Notes: generated by a model from the letters alone, not told the origin. DNA of 64,000 nt from Candidatus Poribacteria bacterium (GCA_965198235.1 OZ240248.1:1088001-1152000); one strand, 5' to 3'; shown: positions 48,253-58,909, counted from the stretch's first letter. Program-made: numbers and translations.

Positions 48253-49023
48253 ATGGACTTAGGACTAAAGAACAAAGTGGTAGTTGTAACAGGTGCGAGT
48301 CGCGGAATCGGACGTGCTATCGCGCACGGTTTCGCTGAAGAAGGAGCACGGTTGAGCATCTGTGGCAGAACCCAAGATACACTCCAGAACGTAAAGGATG
48401 AACTGTCGGCAAAAGGCGCGGAGGTCTTCGCCAAACTCACAGATGTTACGGATGGCGAACAAGTTGACGCGTTCATAGCAGAAACAGTAGAAACTTATGG
48501 CGGAATTGATGTCGTTGTGAACAACGTCGGTGGCAGTCGGTGGACCCCTCTGGAAGAGATTTCAGATACCGAGTGGCACGAAATCCTCGACCTGAATCTT
48601 GTATCTGCGGCGCGGGTGAACCAACGCGCCATCCCTGAAATGAAAAAGCAGGGAAGCGGTGTGATTCTGATGATAACCTCCATCTACGGTAGAGAAGGCG
48701 GCGGACACATCACCTATAACGCTTCGAAAGCCGCCGAGATCAGTATGACAAAGTCGTTAGCAAAAGAGCTCGCTCCGGACAATATCCGCGTAAATAGCGT
48801 CGCCCCGGGTTCCATTCTCTTTCCGGGTGGGGGTTGGGCTCGTCGCATGGCAGCAGACCCGGAGGCGATGGAAGCCTTTGTGAAAAGCGATATGCCGCTT
48901 GGGAGGTTCGGAAAGCCCGAAGAAATCGCGAATGTTGTGGTCTTTCTCGCATCCGAACGCGCAAGTCTTGTAACGGGTGCCTGTGTGAACGTTGATGGGT
49001 GTCAGTCACATTCAAACATTTGA
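48253..49023 (+). CDS. SDR family oxidoreductase
   Basis: TGASRGIG, VNNVG and YNASK. Confidence 0.92.
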   Translation: MDLGLKNKVVVVTGASRGIGRAIAHGFAEEGARLSICGRTQDTLQNVKDELSAKGAEVFAKLTDVTDGEQVDAFIAETVETYGGIDVVVNNVGGSRWTPLEEISDTEWHEILDLNLVSAARVNQRAIPEMKKQGSGVILMITSIYGREGGGHITYNASKAAEISMTKSLAKELAPDNIRVNSVAPGSILFPGGGWARRMAADPEAMEAFVKSDMPLGRFGKPEEIANVVVFLASERASLVTGACVNVDGCQSHSNI

Positions 49024-49609
49024 GATGTTCACGAAGCACACTATAGTTTCATCTGGGAAACCCTTTATTGAGGTAGCCTATACTTAATTTACAGAGTTTC
49101 TCGTCTTTTTCATCGCACGACACTAAGAGTTCATACCATTTCAGGTTTGGCATGGTGTCTATGTTTGTATTGAGACATAGCGATTGAGATTTCGATCCGG
49201 GGAAAGTGGAGAAGAAAGTAGTGCCCACCACTCTTTTTCCTCACTTTTATGCTGTCCCGTCACCATTTCCATTGGGGATACCAGGTCCAGTCTTTCTCCT
49301 TGATACACTTCTCATTTTTCTCTTCCATCCCAGGCTCAGACAACATCAGCGGCTTCGGCTTTTCCGGCTCTATTGCAAGCGTGTAGAGAAGTTGGCTTCG
49401 TATGCTACGGGTTTTCTGCTTTCATGTCAGCTGCTTTAGGGTATTAATATAGATGGAAAAGCCTTACAGGAGAGGATGCTATTGCTCCAAATTGCCGATG
49501 CAGCAATTTTTGTGTGGCGGTGGGACCCCGCATCAAAAATCTGGATGTCACGAGTGTCTAAAACGGGACGTTCATATCACTAAACAAACAATAGGAGCAT
49601 ATATTTTTT

Positions 49610-49882
49610 ATGGCAACCGTAAAAGCATTGACAGTAAACCAAACGGCGGAACTTTTAGGGATCTCTGTATCCAAAATTTATGCCGACATCAAGAAGGGAG
49701 TTATCAAACCGCGGAAGGATTCGGGTGGTAAATTCGTCTTAGAGATTGAAGACATTAAAGCGGTTTACGGCGATTTTAACACACAAGATTTGGATATCTT
49801 TGAACATAGTCTTGAAGACCCTCACGACATACCCCGCGCCTTTAACAAAAACCTCGTTATCGCTATTTTAAGACAAGAATAG
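49610..49882 (+). CDS. Excisionase/MerR-like HTH protein, possibly truncated by a MITE
   Basis: LTVNQTAELLGISVSKIY..IKKG; its TAG stop is the first bases of the MITE TIR. Confidence 0.65.
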   Translation: MATVKALTVNQTAELLGISVSKIYADIKKGVIKPRKDSGGKFVLEIEDIKAVYGDFNTQDLDIFEHSLEDPHDIPRAFNKNLVIAILRQE

Positions 49883-50011
49883 GACTTACGCACTTCCTCT
49901 TAAAGTCCCCCTGATAAGGGGGATTTAGGGGGTTAAAAACACCAAAATATGCTCACTGTGAGGCATTTTTCACAAAATATATCCTTCTCTGTTCAATTTG
50001 CGTAAGTCCTG
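49880..50011. mobile_element. 132-bp MITE sharing TIRs with the IS701 element
   Basis: taggacttacgca...tgcgtaagtcctg; internal ccccctgataaggggg hairpin; solo similar ends at about 45777 and 52717. Confidence 0.8.
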
Positions 50012-50178
50012 ATTATATTAAGTCGTATAACTACGGCAAAAGGGTCACTTTCGGATGAAAAAAATGATTTTTTCAGAAAAATCAACGTTTTCTTACGTTT
50101 TTTCTAACACATTCTCTGTTGTTCAAGAGACTTTGTGTAGGAGGTAGGACGATTGAGTTTCCAATCCTACGAGATCAT

Positions 50179-50590
50179 CTATTTCGGCAGGAGTGTATCT
50201 GTCTGCAGATATTCGTGTATCATCTGCCGAAACTTGCGAAGCCGAGATTTCGCTGTCCCATCGGGAATCTCTAATCGCTCGGAAATCTCGCGGAGGGTGT
50301 GTCCTTGGATATGCAACTCGCCTACATCTCTATAGATAGGCTTCATCTGCGAAATTACAGTGCGAATCTCTTTGACGACAACCGCCTGATGCTGATCATC
50401 GGCAATACTTACACCGCCACCGAACGCAGCATGGCTGATAATAGATGCGAAATCAATATCTCGGTTTGTATCTCTTTTCTCACGTCGATGAAAATCAGCA
50501 CACTTGTTTTTCGCAATCCCTGCCATCCACGCTTTCGGGTGTTCCACCGACTTTCCCTTACGAAAATGTTCGAGGTCAGACGTGCACATA
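50179..50590 (-). pseudogene. ECF sigma factor fragment (region 4 intact, region 2 partial)
   Basis: KAWMAGIAKNKCADFHRR and G.TLREISERLEIPDGTAKSRL; no normal N-terminus. Confidence 0.55.
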
Positions 50591-50657
50591 CTGATCCTAA
50601 CTTTTTCGTTTTTTCCTTGTTTAAAAAGACATAGGCGTGTTAAAATGGTAGGAATGA

Positions 50658-51989
50658 ATGATTGAGGAGAGCGTGGACATGGACGCGAAATTGTGGGTGC
50701 CAGAATACGACACACCAGAACTATGGCATAAAGAAATCTCACGCCGCTGTTTTGTCAAGAGCGGTATCAGCAGTTTTCTGGGGCTTGTCGCGATGCAGCA
50801 TTTCAGTTCAAATAGCCTTGCGCAGCTTGAGGATGTTCTGCCGCACGCCAAACACTGTATTGTGTTGTTCATGAGCGGTGGCGCAAGTCAATTAGACACT
50901 TTTGATCCCAAACCCGGCACCAAAAATGGCGGTCCCTTTGCAGCGATTCCCACAAGTGTTGAAAGCATAGAGGTTTCCGAGCATCTTCCATACGTTGCAG
51001 AACAGGCGCACCATCTCTCTATCATTCGCTCGATGGTTTCACGGGAAGGCAATCATGAACGCGCTCGCTATTTGCTGCATACGGGGTATGCACCTGGCGG
51101 TGCAGTCAGACACCCAACCCTCGGTTCGCTCACCTCTTATTACCTTGAGGACAGCCGCTCCGATCTGCCGAGTTGCGTTAATATTAATTCGCCGACCTAT
51201 TCCGGCGGTTTCCTCGGTGCAACGCACGATCCGTTCGTCGTCAAAGATCCGATGAAACCTGTAGATGATCTCTCTTATCCTTCACAGATGGATACGCACC
51301 GTTTTCGCGAACGCCTGAAAATGCTTAAAGCAATTGAGGAAGATTTTATAGCGAAACGGACTGGGCGCAGCACGGAGGCGCACGAAGCGATTTACAAAAA
51401 AGCCGATCAACTCATCAACTCCCCGAAAATAGATGCGTTTCAACTCAACGAAGAACCGATGGCTATCCGCGAGGCTTATGGTATGAATAAGTTCGGTCAA
51501 GGCTGTTTGATGGCGCGTCGGCTCGTGGAAGCTGGAGTCAAATTTGTTGAAGTTTCACTGGACGGATGGGATACACATGAAAACAACTTTGAGCGGACGA
51601 AAGAACTCCTTGCTATGGTGGATCCAGCGTTCGCAATGCTCCTGAGGGACTTGGCTGAACGGGATCTTCTTGAAGAGACTGTTGTGCTATGGCTCGGTGA
51701 ATTCGGTCGCACCCCGAGGATTAACAACAATGATGGGCGTGACCATCATACCACTGGCTGGTCGGCTGTCCTCGCTGGAGGTGGGACTCACGGGGGGCAG
51801 GTGATCGGAAGTACGAATGAAGATGGAACTGAGGTTGTCAGTAGTCCTGTCAGGGTGCCAGACCTATTTGCGTCACTCTGCTTCGCGCTTGGAATCGATG
51901 CTGACGAGGAAAACTATTCCCGCTCTGGACGACCGATCCGAGTCGTTGACGACGGTTCGATGGTAGAGGAGTTATTCAGGGCGTTGTAG
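50658..51989 (+). CDS. DUF1501 domain protein with Tat-like signal
   Basis: SRRCF, GGASQLDTFDPKP, ARRLVEAGV.FVEV, GWDTH and GEFGRTP..GRDH. Confidence 0.9.
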   Translation: MIEESVDMDAKLWVPEYDTPELWHKEISRRCFVKSGISSFLGLVAMQHFSSNSLAQLEDVLPHAKHCIVLFMSGGASQLDTFDPKPGTKNGGPFAAIPTSVESIEVSEHLPYVAEQAHHLSIIRSMVSREGNHERARYLLHTGYAPGGAVRHPTLGSLTSYYLEDSRSDLPSCVNINSPTYSGGFLGATHDPFVVKDPMKPVDDLSYPSQMDTHRFRERLKMLKAIEEDFIAKRTGRSTEAHEAIYKKADQLINSPKIDAFQLNEEPMAIREAYGMNKFGQGCLMARRLVEAGVKFVEVSLDGWDTHENNFERTKELLAMVDPAFAMLLRDLAERDLLEETVVLWLGEFGRTPRINNNDGRDHHTTGWSAVLAGGGTHGGQVIGSTNEDGTEVVSSPVRVPDLFASLCFALGIDADEENYSRSGRPIRVVDDGSMVEELFRAL

Positions 51990-52122
51990 CTTAATAGTTA
52001 TCGGTCATCGGTTAAGAGAGGGTGTTTTTGCTTGGGTGTTTCCCTGGTTAAACGAAAACCTCTTACTCTCACTGCGAGGCAACCTGACAACCTTTTCCTC
52101 CGATAACTGATAACCACTAAAA

Positions 52123-52716
52123 ATGAGAGTTATTGCTGGCACATTCAGAGGCAGACGCTTGGCTACTCCGAAAGGGAATCGTCTCGTCCGCCCTACTGCC
52201 GATCGGGTTAAAGAATCAGTTTTTAGTATTCTGCAGGAACGGATAGTAGATGCAAATTTCCTGGACCTTTGTGCCGGTACCGGGAGTATGGGAATTGAAG
52301 CGTTGAGCCGTGGGGCGAAACATGTCACGTTTTTGGAGCGCGACCCGCGGTGCATCGAGATAATAGAACGAAACCTTCACACGTGTGGTCTGCTTACTGA
52401 ATCCCAAGCGCGGTATTATCTGCTCCGTCGCGATGTTGTGAAAGGGATTGCGTACCTCTGTAAGCGATCCGTTATGTTTGAAATTATTTATTTCGATCCC
52501 CCGTATGGTGTTGATTTAGCAGGGGGATCGCAGCTGTATACAACCTGTTTACCACTGCTTGCCGAGAGTTCGCTGCTCTGTATCGGTGGCATTCTGCTTG
52601 TTGAACATGCCAAGCAGTGTGTTGTGCCAGATGCAGTCGGGAATTTAAGGCGGAGTCGGCAAGCGCGTTACGGGGATACGGTTGTATCGTTTTATAAAAA
52701 AAGCTATAAATATTAA
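52123..52716 (+). CDS. rsmD: 16S rRNA m2G966 methyltransferase
   Basis: MRVIAG..RG, RPTADRVKES.F, LDL.AGTG..GIEALSRGA and DPPY. Confidence 0.93.
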   Translation: MRVIAGTFRGRRLATPKGNRLVRPTADRVKESVFSILQERIVDANFLDLCAGTGSMGIEALSRGAKHVTFLERDPRCIEIIERNLHTCGLLTESQARYYLLRRDVVKGIAYLCKRSVMFEIIYFDPPYGVDLAGGSQLYTTCLPLLAESSLLCIGGILLVEHAKQCVVPDAVGNLRRSRQARYGDTVVSFYKKSYKY

Positions 52717-52839
52717 CAGGACTTACGCGGCTGCCTTGGCTGGCACGAACGTAGCCTGCAACACCGGCGCAGGCGGCTCGATCGCGAGAACCTTCAAATT
52801 ACAAATGCACGCGATTAACCCGCAAGGTAAATTAGAAAT

Positions 52840-53577
52840 ATGAAAATTTTGAATCTCCAATCCGGAACGCCCTTTCAAATGGGCAAAGGTAAAAATTGGC
52901 GTGTTGTGCATCCCGATATGGGTTCTGAACAATTGACCTTAAACCATGGGCTTCACGCCCCCGGTCAAGAGTTTACACAGCATTATCACGACGCATCGGA
53001 AGACGCGATTGTCGTTTTAGAAGGTGGTGGTACTATCCGCCAAGGAGAGGTCTATACACCAATTGCTGCGGGCGATGTCATCTTTGTGCCCGCAGGCGAG
53101 GTTCATGGAACGGTTAATACGACACCGAACATGGCGCGTTTAATTAGTTTCCAGGCTCCGCCGGATATGGCACTCTACCGAGGCGAACGAGATACACCCG
53201 ATGCAGCCCCCACACCTCAAGATGGACATCGAAGTAACGTCCAAGTCATCAATATGGCGCGCAGTGGTCCTGTTTTTGGAAAATCCACCGAATGGCGAAG
53301 TGTGGTCTCTCCGCAAAAAGGTTCTGTACATCTTTCTTTAGATTACATCTATCTCAACAAAGGGGAAAACTTTGCACATGAACCGATAGACAGCGAGTCA
53401 ATTTATGTGCTGAGAGATGGATGCACTGAAGTGACAACTGATGCTGGAGAGACGTGGACTTTGGAACAGCATGATGTCCTCTTCCTCGCCCCTGGAGACA
53501 CCTTTTCACTTTCTCAAGCCGGAGATGAACCCGCGGCGATCATATCTTGTTGGGCAGTTGCCTCTTCTCGGAGTTAA
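52840..53577 (+). CDS. Bicupin domain protein
   Basis: HYH...E and GDVIFVPAGEVH. Confidence 0.8.
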   Translation: MKILNLQSGTPFQMGKGKNWRVVHPDMGSEQLTLNHGLHAPGQEFTQHYHDASEDAIVVLEGGGTIRQGEVYTPIAAGDVIFVPAGEVHGTVNTTPNMARLISFQAPPDMALYRGERDTPDAAPTPQDGHRSNVQVINMARSGPVFGKSTEWRSVVSPQKGSVHLSLDYIYLNKGENFAHEPIDSESIYVLRDGCTEVTTDAGETWTLEQHDVLFLAPGDTFSLSQAGDEPAAIISCWAVASSRS

Positions 53578-53718
53578 TGGCTTTCAGCGCGTTCGCTACA
53601 CTTACTTTCAGCAATCGGCTTTCAGGAACCCGTTTGCGGCAGTAAAGGCGTTTGCAACTGCCACGCCCGCTACTGACAGCTGACAGCTGACGGCCACTAT
53701 AAAAAAGGAAATTGATGG

Positions 53719-56268
53719 ATGAGATCAGATGTGATAGCAATATCACGGCAGGGCAACCTCGCCGTGATAAACCACACTAATTTTGAGATTAAGTTTAACC
53801 TTTCAAAAGGAACATGGGATTACATTGATGAGAGTGGTGACACAATTATCCGAGACGGATGCGCACAGATAACCCTTGAAAATGGGAGCGTCGTCAAAAC
53901 TGAGGACGCTGGCACTCGCGAATTTATCACAGAACTGCCGAAAACAGATGCTTTCGGCAGTTATCACCAAATTCGCTTCTCACACGAGGCAACAGGTAAG
54001 GGGGTTCGGATAAACACCTACCTCAAGTGCTATGCCGCACACCCCGCGATACACCTTAAGGTTGGTGTTGAAAACCTAAAATCGGAACCGCTTCGACTCG
54101 ATAGTGTAACGGTGCTTGGGGTTTCAGCGAACCGTGGTGCTGTCTTGCTTGGCGGGCTTCCATCGGATTATCATCTCTTTATTAACATGCCACCTGTTTC
54201 TCCCGGTGTCAGTAAAAGGCTCTATGAAGGGTTTCTACTGAATGAGACCGACGCTATGCATCCGAGCAATGATGGTGTACTTTGTGATACAAAGGGTGGG
54301 AAAGCACTCGTCTTCGGTTTCCTGACGACTGAGAAATGGTGGCCCCGAATTCAAGTTGGCTGTCATAAAAATGGTGGGCGCGGCTCGCGAGGGCAGGGAA
54401 AGAAGTCATCCGCGTCGGGTGTTAATCCGTGGGCACTTTATCATGAGTGTAGGCAACAGTGCGAATCCGGTGAGGAAATCACCTCCGAAACTGCTTACAT
54501 CAACTTTGTAGGTAAGGCATCTGCAGCTTACGAACATTATACTTCGCTGATAGCAGCGCGGAGCATCGCGCACGAGAGTCCGCTTATTGAGGCTCAGCCC
54601 ACCCTCGAATACAACACGCCGGCTACTATGTGGACGCTTTCTGATACGGAAGGATCACTTGATGCGAATGCTATCTTAACCCAGACAGACGCGCTCGCCG
54701 AGAGTCCGATGTTTCAGCCGAACTGTCCAGGCGGTATTGATTATATTCAATTGAATGCAGTCTCGGAATCAGAATTGGGAGTTTTTACGCAAGGTGCTGA
54801 GGTTTCGGTATCGCAAAATCGTGAGGAAATGAAAGCGATTACCAGTCAGATCCGAGAAAAAGGTTTCAAGGCGGGTATCCGGTTCAATCCATTTTGTGCA
54901 GCACTTGATTCGGAGCTTGTCCAAAGCCATCCGGACTATTGTATACAAGAGAAGACTGCGTCCCGTGGCGGAAGAAGATATTCCCGTAATCGTTCAACGC
55001 GTAACGGCTCCAAACCTGCATCCGTTCATCTACCAGAGAGTGGTAAAGAGGTCGCACTCTTGGATGTTTCGCATCCAGAGGTGCAGTCCCGTATTCGTGA
55101 ACAGATTAAACAGGTAGTGGGCGAATGTGGATATTCATTCATCAACGCCGACTTTACAGCTTATACGGTGGGGCTCACGAATGCTGCACACAACTTGCAC
55201 TGGCATGATAGCAGCCTGACCTCAGTTCAGCTTTATCGTCTCGCTGGGAAATTGCTCAGGGAGGCAATCAATGAAGCACGGTTGGAAAACGCGCTTCTAA
55301 AGGATGATGTGCTACTCGCAGGATACAATACTGTCCCGGGTCCGTGCATTGGTAGTATTGATGTTAATGCCCCACTTCTGAGTCCTTCCCTTTCTGCTGT
55401 AGGTGCGGATTCCAAGCGTGCCAGTGACTCATGGCATCATCAGCGTGGCACAAAACATCGCCTGAGCAGATATGCAGCGCATATGAGGGAGCATAGCGTT
55501 CTCTGGGGACACGTCTTTGGTGAGATCGCTGTTGATGAACCGCGTCCGATCAACGAGGCAATCGTGGAAATGACAGCGGCTGCATTGAGTGGTGGGACAG
55601 TCTTGTGTGCAGACCAAGTTGCAACACTGACTTCGGCGCGTGCGGGTTACTTAGCGAAAATCTTTCCACTTATAGGTAAGGCTGCGACACCTATAGACCT
55701 TTACGATGACCCTTTTCCCAAAATATGGTGTCTACCAATGTCAACACCTCGCGAAGTCTGGTATCTCGCCGCAGTTTTCAACTGGGATGACTACGAGGAT
55801 GATGCCTATTTTGAACTGGAGGCACTTGGGTTACCTGAATCTAAGGAGTTCCTCGTCCACGACTTCTGGATGCGCCAATATCTTGGAAAGGTTTCACAGA
55901 GTGTAACCTTGTTGAACATTCCACCGCGTTCTGCGAAACTGCTCTGCTTCCGTGAAGAACAGGACGTACCGCAATTGCTCGCCACGGATATGCACTATAC
56001 GCAGGGCGGCGTTGAGATTCTATCTGCGGGTTGGGATGCGCACAGCCAAAGTTACATGATCGTCTGCAAACCGCTTAGACAGGCTGAGGGAACCTGCTTT
56101 ATTCATGTACCGGATGATTACCTACCGATAAGTGTGGCAACCTATGGAAGCGATTATCAATATAATTGGGACACACCGATTTATAAACTAACATTTACAG
56201 GAGCGCAACCGGATAAGTTAGTGCACGCCAGCGTTCACTTCGCGAAAACTTCGGGAAGCACCCTATAG
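53719..56268 (+). CDS. GH36 alpha-galactosidase-like protein with degenerate active-site motifs
   Basis: GFKAGI..PF, HPDY, LDVSHPEV, G(Y)..I.ADF and AVFNW..DFW architecture. Confidence 0.65.
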   Translation: MRSDVIAISRQGNLAVINHTNFEIKFNLSKGTWDYIDESGDTIIRDGCAQITLENGSVVKTEDAGTREFITELPKTDAFGSYHQIRFSHEATGKGVRINTYLKCYAAHPAIHLKVGVENLKSEPLRLDSVTVLGVSANRGAVLLGGLPSDYHLFINMPPVSPGVSKRLYEGFLLNETDAMHPSNDGVLCDTKGGKALVFGFLTTEKWWPRIQVGCHKNGGRGSRGQGKKSSASGVNPWALYHECRQQCESGEEITSETAYINFVGKASAAYEHYTSLIAARSIAHESPLIEAQPTLEYNTPATMWTLSDTEGSLDANAILTQTDALAESPMFQPNCPGGIDYIQLNAVSESELGVFTQGAEVSVSQNREEMKAITSQIREKGFKAGIRFNPFCAALDSELVQSHPDYCIQEKTASRGGRRYSRNRSTRNGSKPASVHLPESGKEVALLDVSHPEVQSRIREQIKQVVGECGYSFINADFTAYTVGLTNAAHNLHWHDSSLTSVQLYRLAGKLLREAINEARLENALLKDDVLLAGYNTVPGPCIGSIDVNAPLLSPSLSAVGADSKRASDSWHHQRGTKHRLSRYAAHMREHSVLWGHVFGEIAVDEPRPINEAIVEMTAAALSGGTVLCADQVATLTSARAGYLAKIFPLIGKAATPIDLYDDPFPKIWCLPMSTPREVWYLAAVFNWDDYEDDAYFELEALGLPESKEFLVHDFWMRQYLGKVSQSVTLLNIPPRSAKLLCFREEQDVPQLLATDMHYTQGGVEILSAGWDAHSQSYMIVCKPLRQAEGTCFIHVPDDYLPISVATYGSDYQYNWDTPIYKLTFTGAQPDKLVHASVHFAKTSGSTL

Positions 56269-56297
56269 TTTCATAGATTTCACTTTGGTGTGAAAAG

Positions 56298-56930
56298 ATG
56301 AGTAGTGTTCGGACACAAATGCAAGCCCTCAAAACGCGGGCAAGTGTTTGTACAGCTTGTAATTTAGCGAAAACCCGTGCGAATGTTGTTTTCGGTAGCG
56401 GCGATATCACCGCAAAGTTAGCGATTGTTGCGGAGGGACCCTCTGCTGCTGATAATCGGACAGCACTTCCATTTTCAGGTCCTGCCGGGGATATGCTGGA
56501 TGATGTTTTGACCGCAAATGGATTAACGCGTAGCGACATCTGGCTCACAAACATCATTAAGTGTCGGGCAGCAAGTCCTAAAGGGAATGTGTTAAAGAAC
56601 CGTCCACCGAAGGCATCGGAGATTAAGGCGTGCTCCAAATGGCTTGATGGAGAGCTGACTGTGATGCAACCTTCAGTAATTCTCTGTATGGGTGCGCCTG
56701 CCGCGAAAGTGCTTATTCATCGCAGGTTTCGCATTACAGAGGAACGTGGTGTCTGGTTTACGGATACCACGTATGCTCCCTTCGCTATGGCGACGTTTAA
56801 CCCGGCTTATGTCCTACGACAGGAGAGAGAGAATTTTACGGCACTACGACAAGTCGTCATTGACGATATCGCCGAGGCGGGGCAGAAATTACAGGAAGCA
56901 GTCGAAATTCCCAAACTGACTCTTTTTTAA
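56298..56930 (+). CDS. Family-4 type uracil-DNA glycosylase ([4Fe-4S]), atypical motifs
   Basis: CTAC, PFSGPAG, TNIIKCR and NRPP...EI.AC; AEGPS and NPAY variants. Confidence 0.8.
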   Translation: MSSVRTQMQALKTRASVCTACNLAKTRANVVFGSGDITAKLAIVAEGPSAADNRTALPFSGPAGDMLDDVLTANGLTRSDIWLTNIIKCRAASPKGNVLKNRPPKASEIKACSKWLDGELTVMQPSVILCMGAPAAKVLIHRRFRITEERGVWFTDTTYAPFAMATFNPAYVLRQERENFTALRQVVIDDIAEAGQKLQEAVEIPKLTLF

Positions 56931-57017
56931 ATACTTTATTGAGAGGTCGGGAAGCAGGACCCCGGGTAGACGCGTGTAAGCGCGCCTACCAGAGAATACC
57001 TATTCGCCAATATATGC

Positions 57018-57806
57018 CTATCTACTTTGCGTCCGTCCTAACTTAATTTCTCCCCAATTTGTTGTGAGTTTACCCGCCGGTTCGACAGCAAGCGTGACTT
57101 CTAACCCGTTATCCATAAGCATCTGAATGTCCTCTTCTTCCAGTGCGACATCGAAGAGTAGCATTTCGTCGAACATACCCTCCCACTCTCTTCCACCACC
57201 GCTCCATGAGCCGATACGTCCGGGTCCAAATTCCCCGGGCAAGGGTCCCCATTTACCTTCTGCGTCAAGTTCACCATCGAAGTAGACCTGAACCGATTCA
57301 TCGTTGCTGCTGTAGGCAACTGCGAGATGGAACCATTTATTCAGGATGTCTTTGTCCGCTGTGAAATCTGAATTCGGCCAACCCGGATGTCGCACTGGAT
57401 TGTTGGAGTGGATAGCCATCTCCATTTTGTTGTCCGGACGGAATTGATAGTGGACAAATCCAGGTGCCCAACCGTCACGGTTGAAGAAGCATCTCCACAA
57501 TCCAACCCTACCTGTCGAATTGAACCATTTCATGAGCGTAAAGTCCTCAAGCGGTCCAATCTCTGGAACGGTGACCCAAGCATCCTTACCGTTGAGTTCA
57601 ATGGCGTTGCCAAATTTACCCTTCACCCATTTAGCACCACCAACAAGGTCGCCATCGTTTCCATTGTCAGATGAATCTTTGGCGACTTTTCCACCTGTTT
57701 CATCAAACAACCACGCACCCACAATAGATCCCGGATCGACTTCAGCGTTGCAGAGTTGTGCGAACATGAAACCGACGATGATTAAACTAATTGTAAAACG
57801 AGCCAT
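57018..57806 (-). CDS. Secreted LamG-like jellyroll protein with Poribacteria-type C-terminal motif
   Basis: W.FDE..G..A.DSS, W.HLA..Y and C-terminal AVEPAGKLTTNWGEIK. Confidence 0.85.
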   Translation of the reverse strand: MARFTISLIIVGFMFAQLCNAEVDPGSIVGAWLFDETGGKVAKDSSDNGNDGDLVGGAKWVKGKFGNAIELNGKDAWVTVPEIGPLEDFTLMKWFNSTGRVGLWRCFFNRDGWAPGFVHYQFRPDNKMEMAIHSNNPVRHPGWPNSDFTADKDILNKWFHLAVAYSSNDESVQVYFDGELDAEGKWGPLPGEFGPGRIGSWSGGGREWEGMFDEMLLFDVALEEEDIQMLMDNGLEVTLAVEPAGKLTTNWGEIKLGRTQSR

Positions 57807-58052
57807 CTCAATTCTCCTTTGTTCACGTGTTCATGAGTTATTGATCTCTGAAAACTGGGAAATTTCTGGTTCAGATTCTATCACGAATCGTTAGAGAATT
57901 GAACATAATTTTTTTAATTTCGTATTGGAAGGCAAAAGATGCGACGGGGAATTTGATCCCGAGGTGAGATAGAAGTTACGAACAGATTACCTGTCCTACT
58001 ATTTTCTATCAATTTAAATTTGTCATATTCTGTGTGAAAATTGAAAAATTGG

Positions 58053-58081
58053 TTGACAAACTTTTGAAGACATGGTATAAT
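58053..58081 (+). promoter_or_regulatory. Consensus sigma70 promoter of the bc-complex operon; second candidate at about 58204-58233
   Basis: TTGACA-N17-TATAAT. Confidence 0.7.
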
Positions 58082-58301
58082 AATTAACGCTCATGCGCGA
58101 AATTGCGGTGGTGAACTTTAGTGTGCTATTACTTCAACCAATCTGGAATTGATGCGTGTGTCCTGTTTGTGCAGAGTGGACTTTCAAGTGCAGAAAAATT
58201 TTGGTGACATTTATTTGAGATTTGGGTTATAATATTTGCGGTTTACCTTGTAATTCGTGGGTGTTGCGCGTAAGCGTTACCCTACAAGATCGGGGGTATA
58301 A

Positions 58302-58790
58302 GTGGTATCTCGACGTAAATTTTTTAAATTTCTCGGCTGGGGGAATTTCGTTGCAGCGTTAGGTTTGACCTTCGGACCGGGATTGGTTCGGTATTTGTAT
58401 CCACGCGTGCTGTTTGAACCCTCCTCTATTTTTAAAGCAGGATTTCCAGCAGAATATCCACCGGGCAGCGTTAGTGAAAAATTCAAAAAAGAGCCGTTTG
58501 GTGTTTGGATTGTCCGGAAGCAAGACGGTGAATTCTACGCGCTCTTAACCACTTGCACACACCTCGGGTGCACGCCGCGCTGGCTCGGTTCTGAAAACAA
58601 ATTCAAGTGTCCATGTCACGGTAGCGGTTTCGACCGGGAAGGCGTTAACTACGAAGGTCCTGCGCCACGACCCCTCGAACGTGTTAAAATTACATTGGCA
58701 GAAGATGGTCAGATCGAAATCAACAAGGCTGTGAAGTTTTTAGGTGAGAAGGGGCAGTGGACGGACCCAAGCTCCTTTTTGAAAGTTTGA
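58302..58790 (+). CDS. Rieske iron-sulfur subunit of a cytochrome bc complex
   Basis: Tat motif SRRKFF; CTHLGC, CPCHGS and GPAPRPL. Confidence 0.93.
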   Translation: MVSRRKFFKFLGWGNFVAALGLTFGPGLVRYLYPRVLFEPSSIFKAGFPAEYPPGSVSEKFKKEPFGVWIVRKQDGEFYALLTTCTHLGCTPRWLGSENKFKCPCHGSGFDREGVNYEGPAPRPLERVKITLAEDGQIEINKAVKFLGEKGQWTDPSSFLKV

Positions 58791-58909
58791 AGAAAGGAGA
58801 GCATTTGTGCCTGGCTTCCGTCAGGTAGAAAAGGCGTTTCGACGTTGTAGGGCGCGCAGTTTCAAAGCCTATATTGCTAACGTACACGTCGAAACTTGCT
58901 AAAAAACGT

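Noticed and set aside
49049-49440. Short ORFs between the SDR and HTH genes
   Set aside because: No recognisable motifs or RBS; probably decayed sequence.
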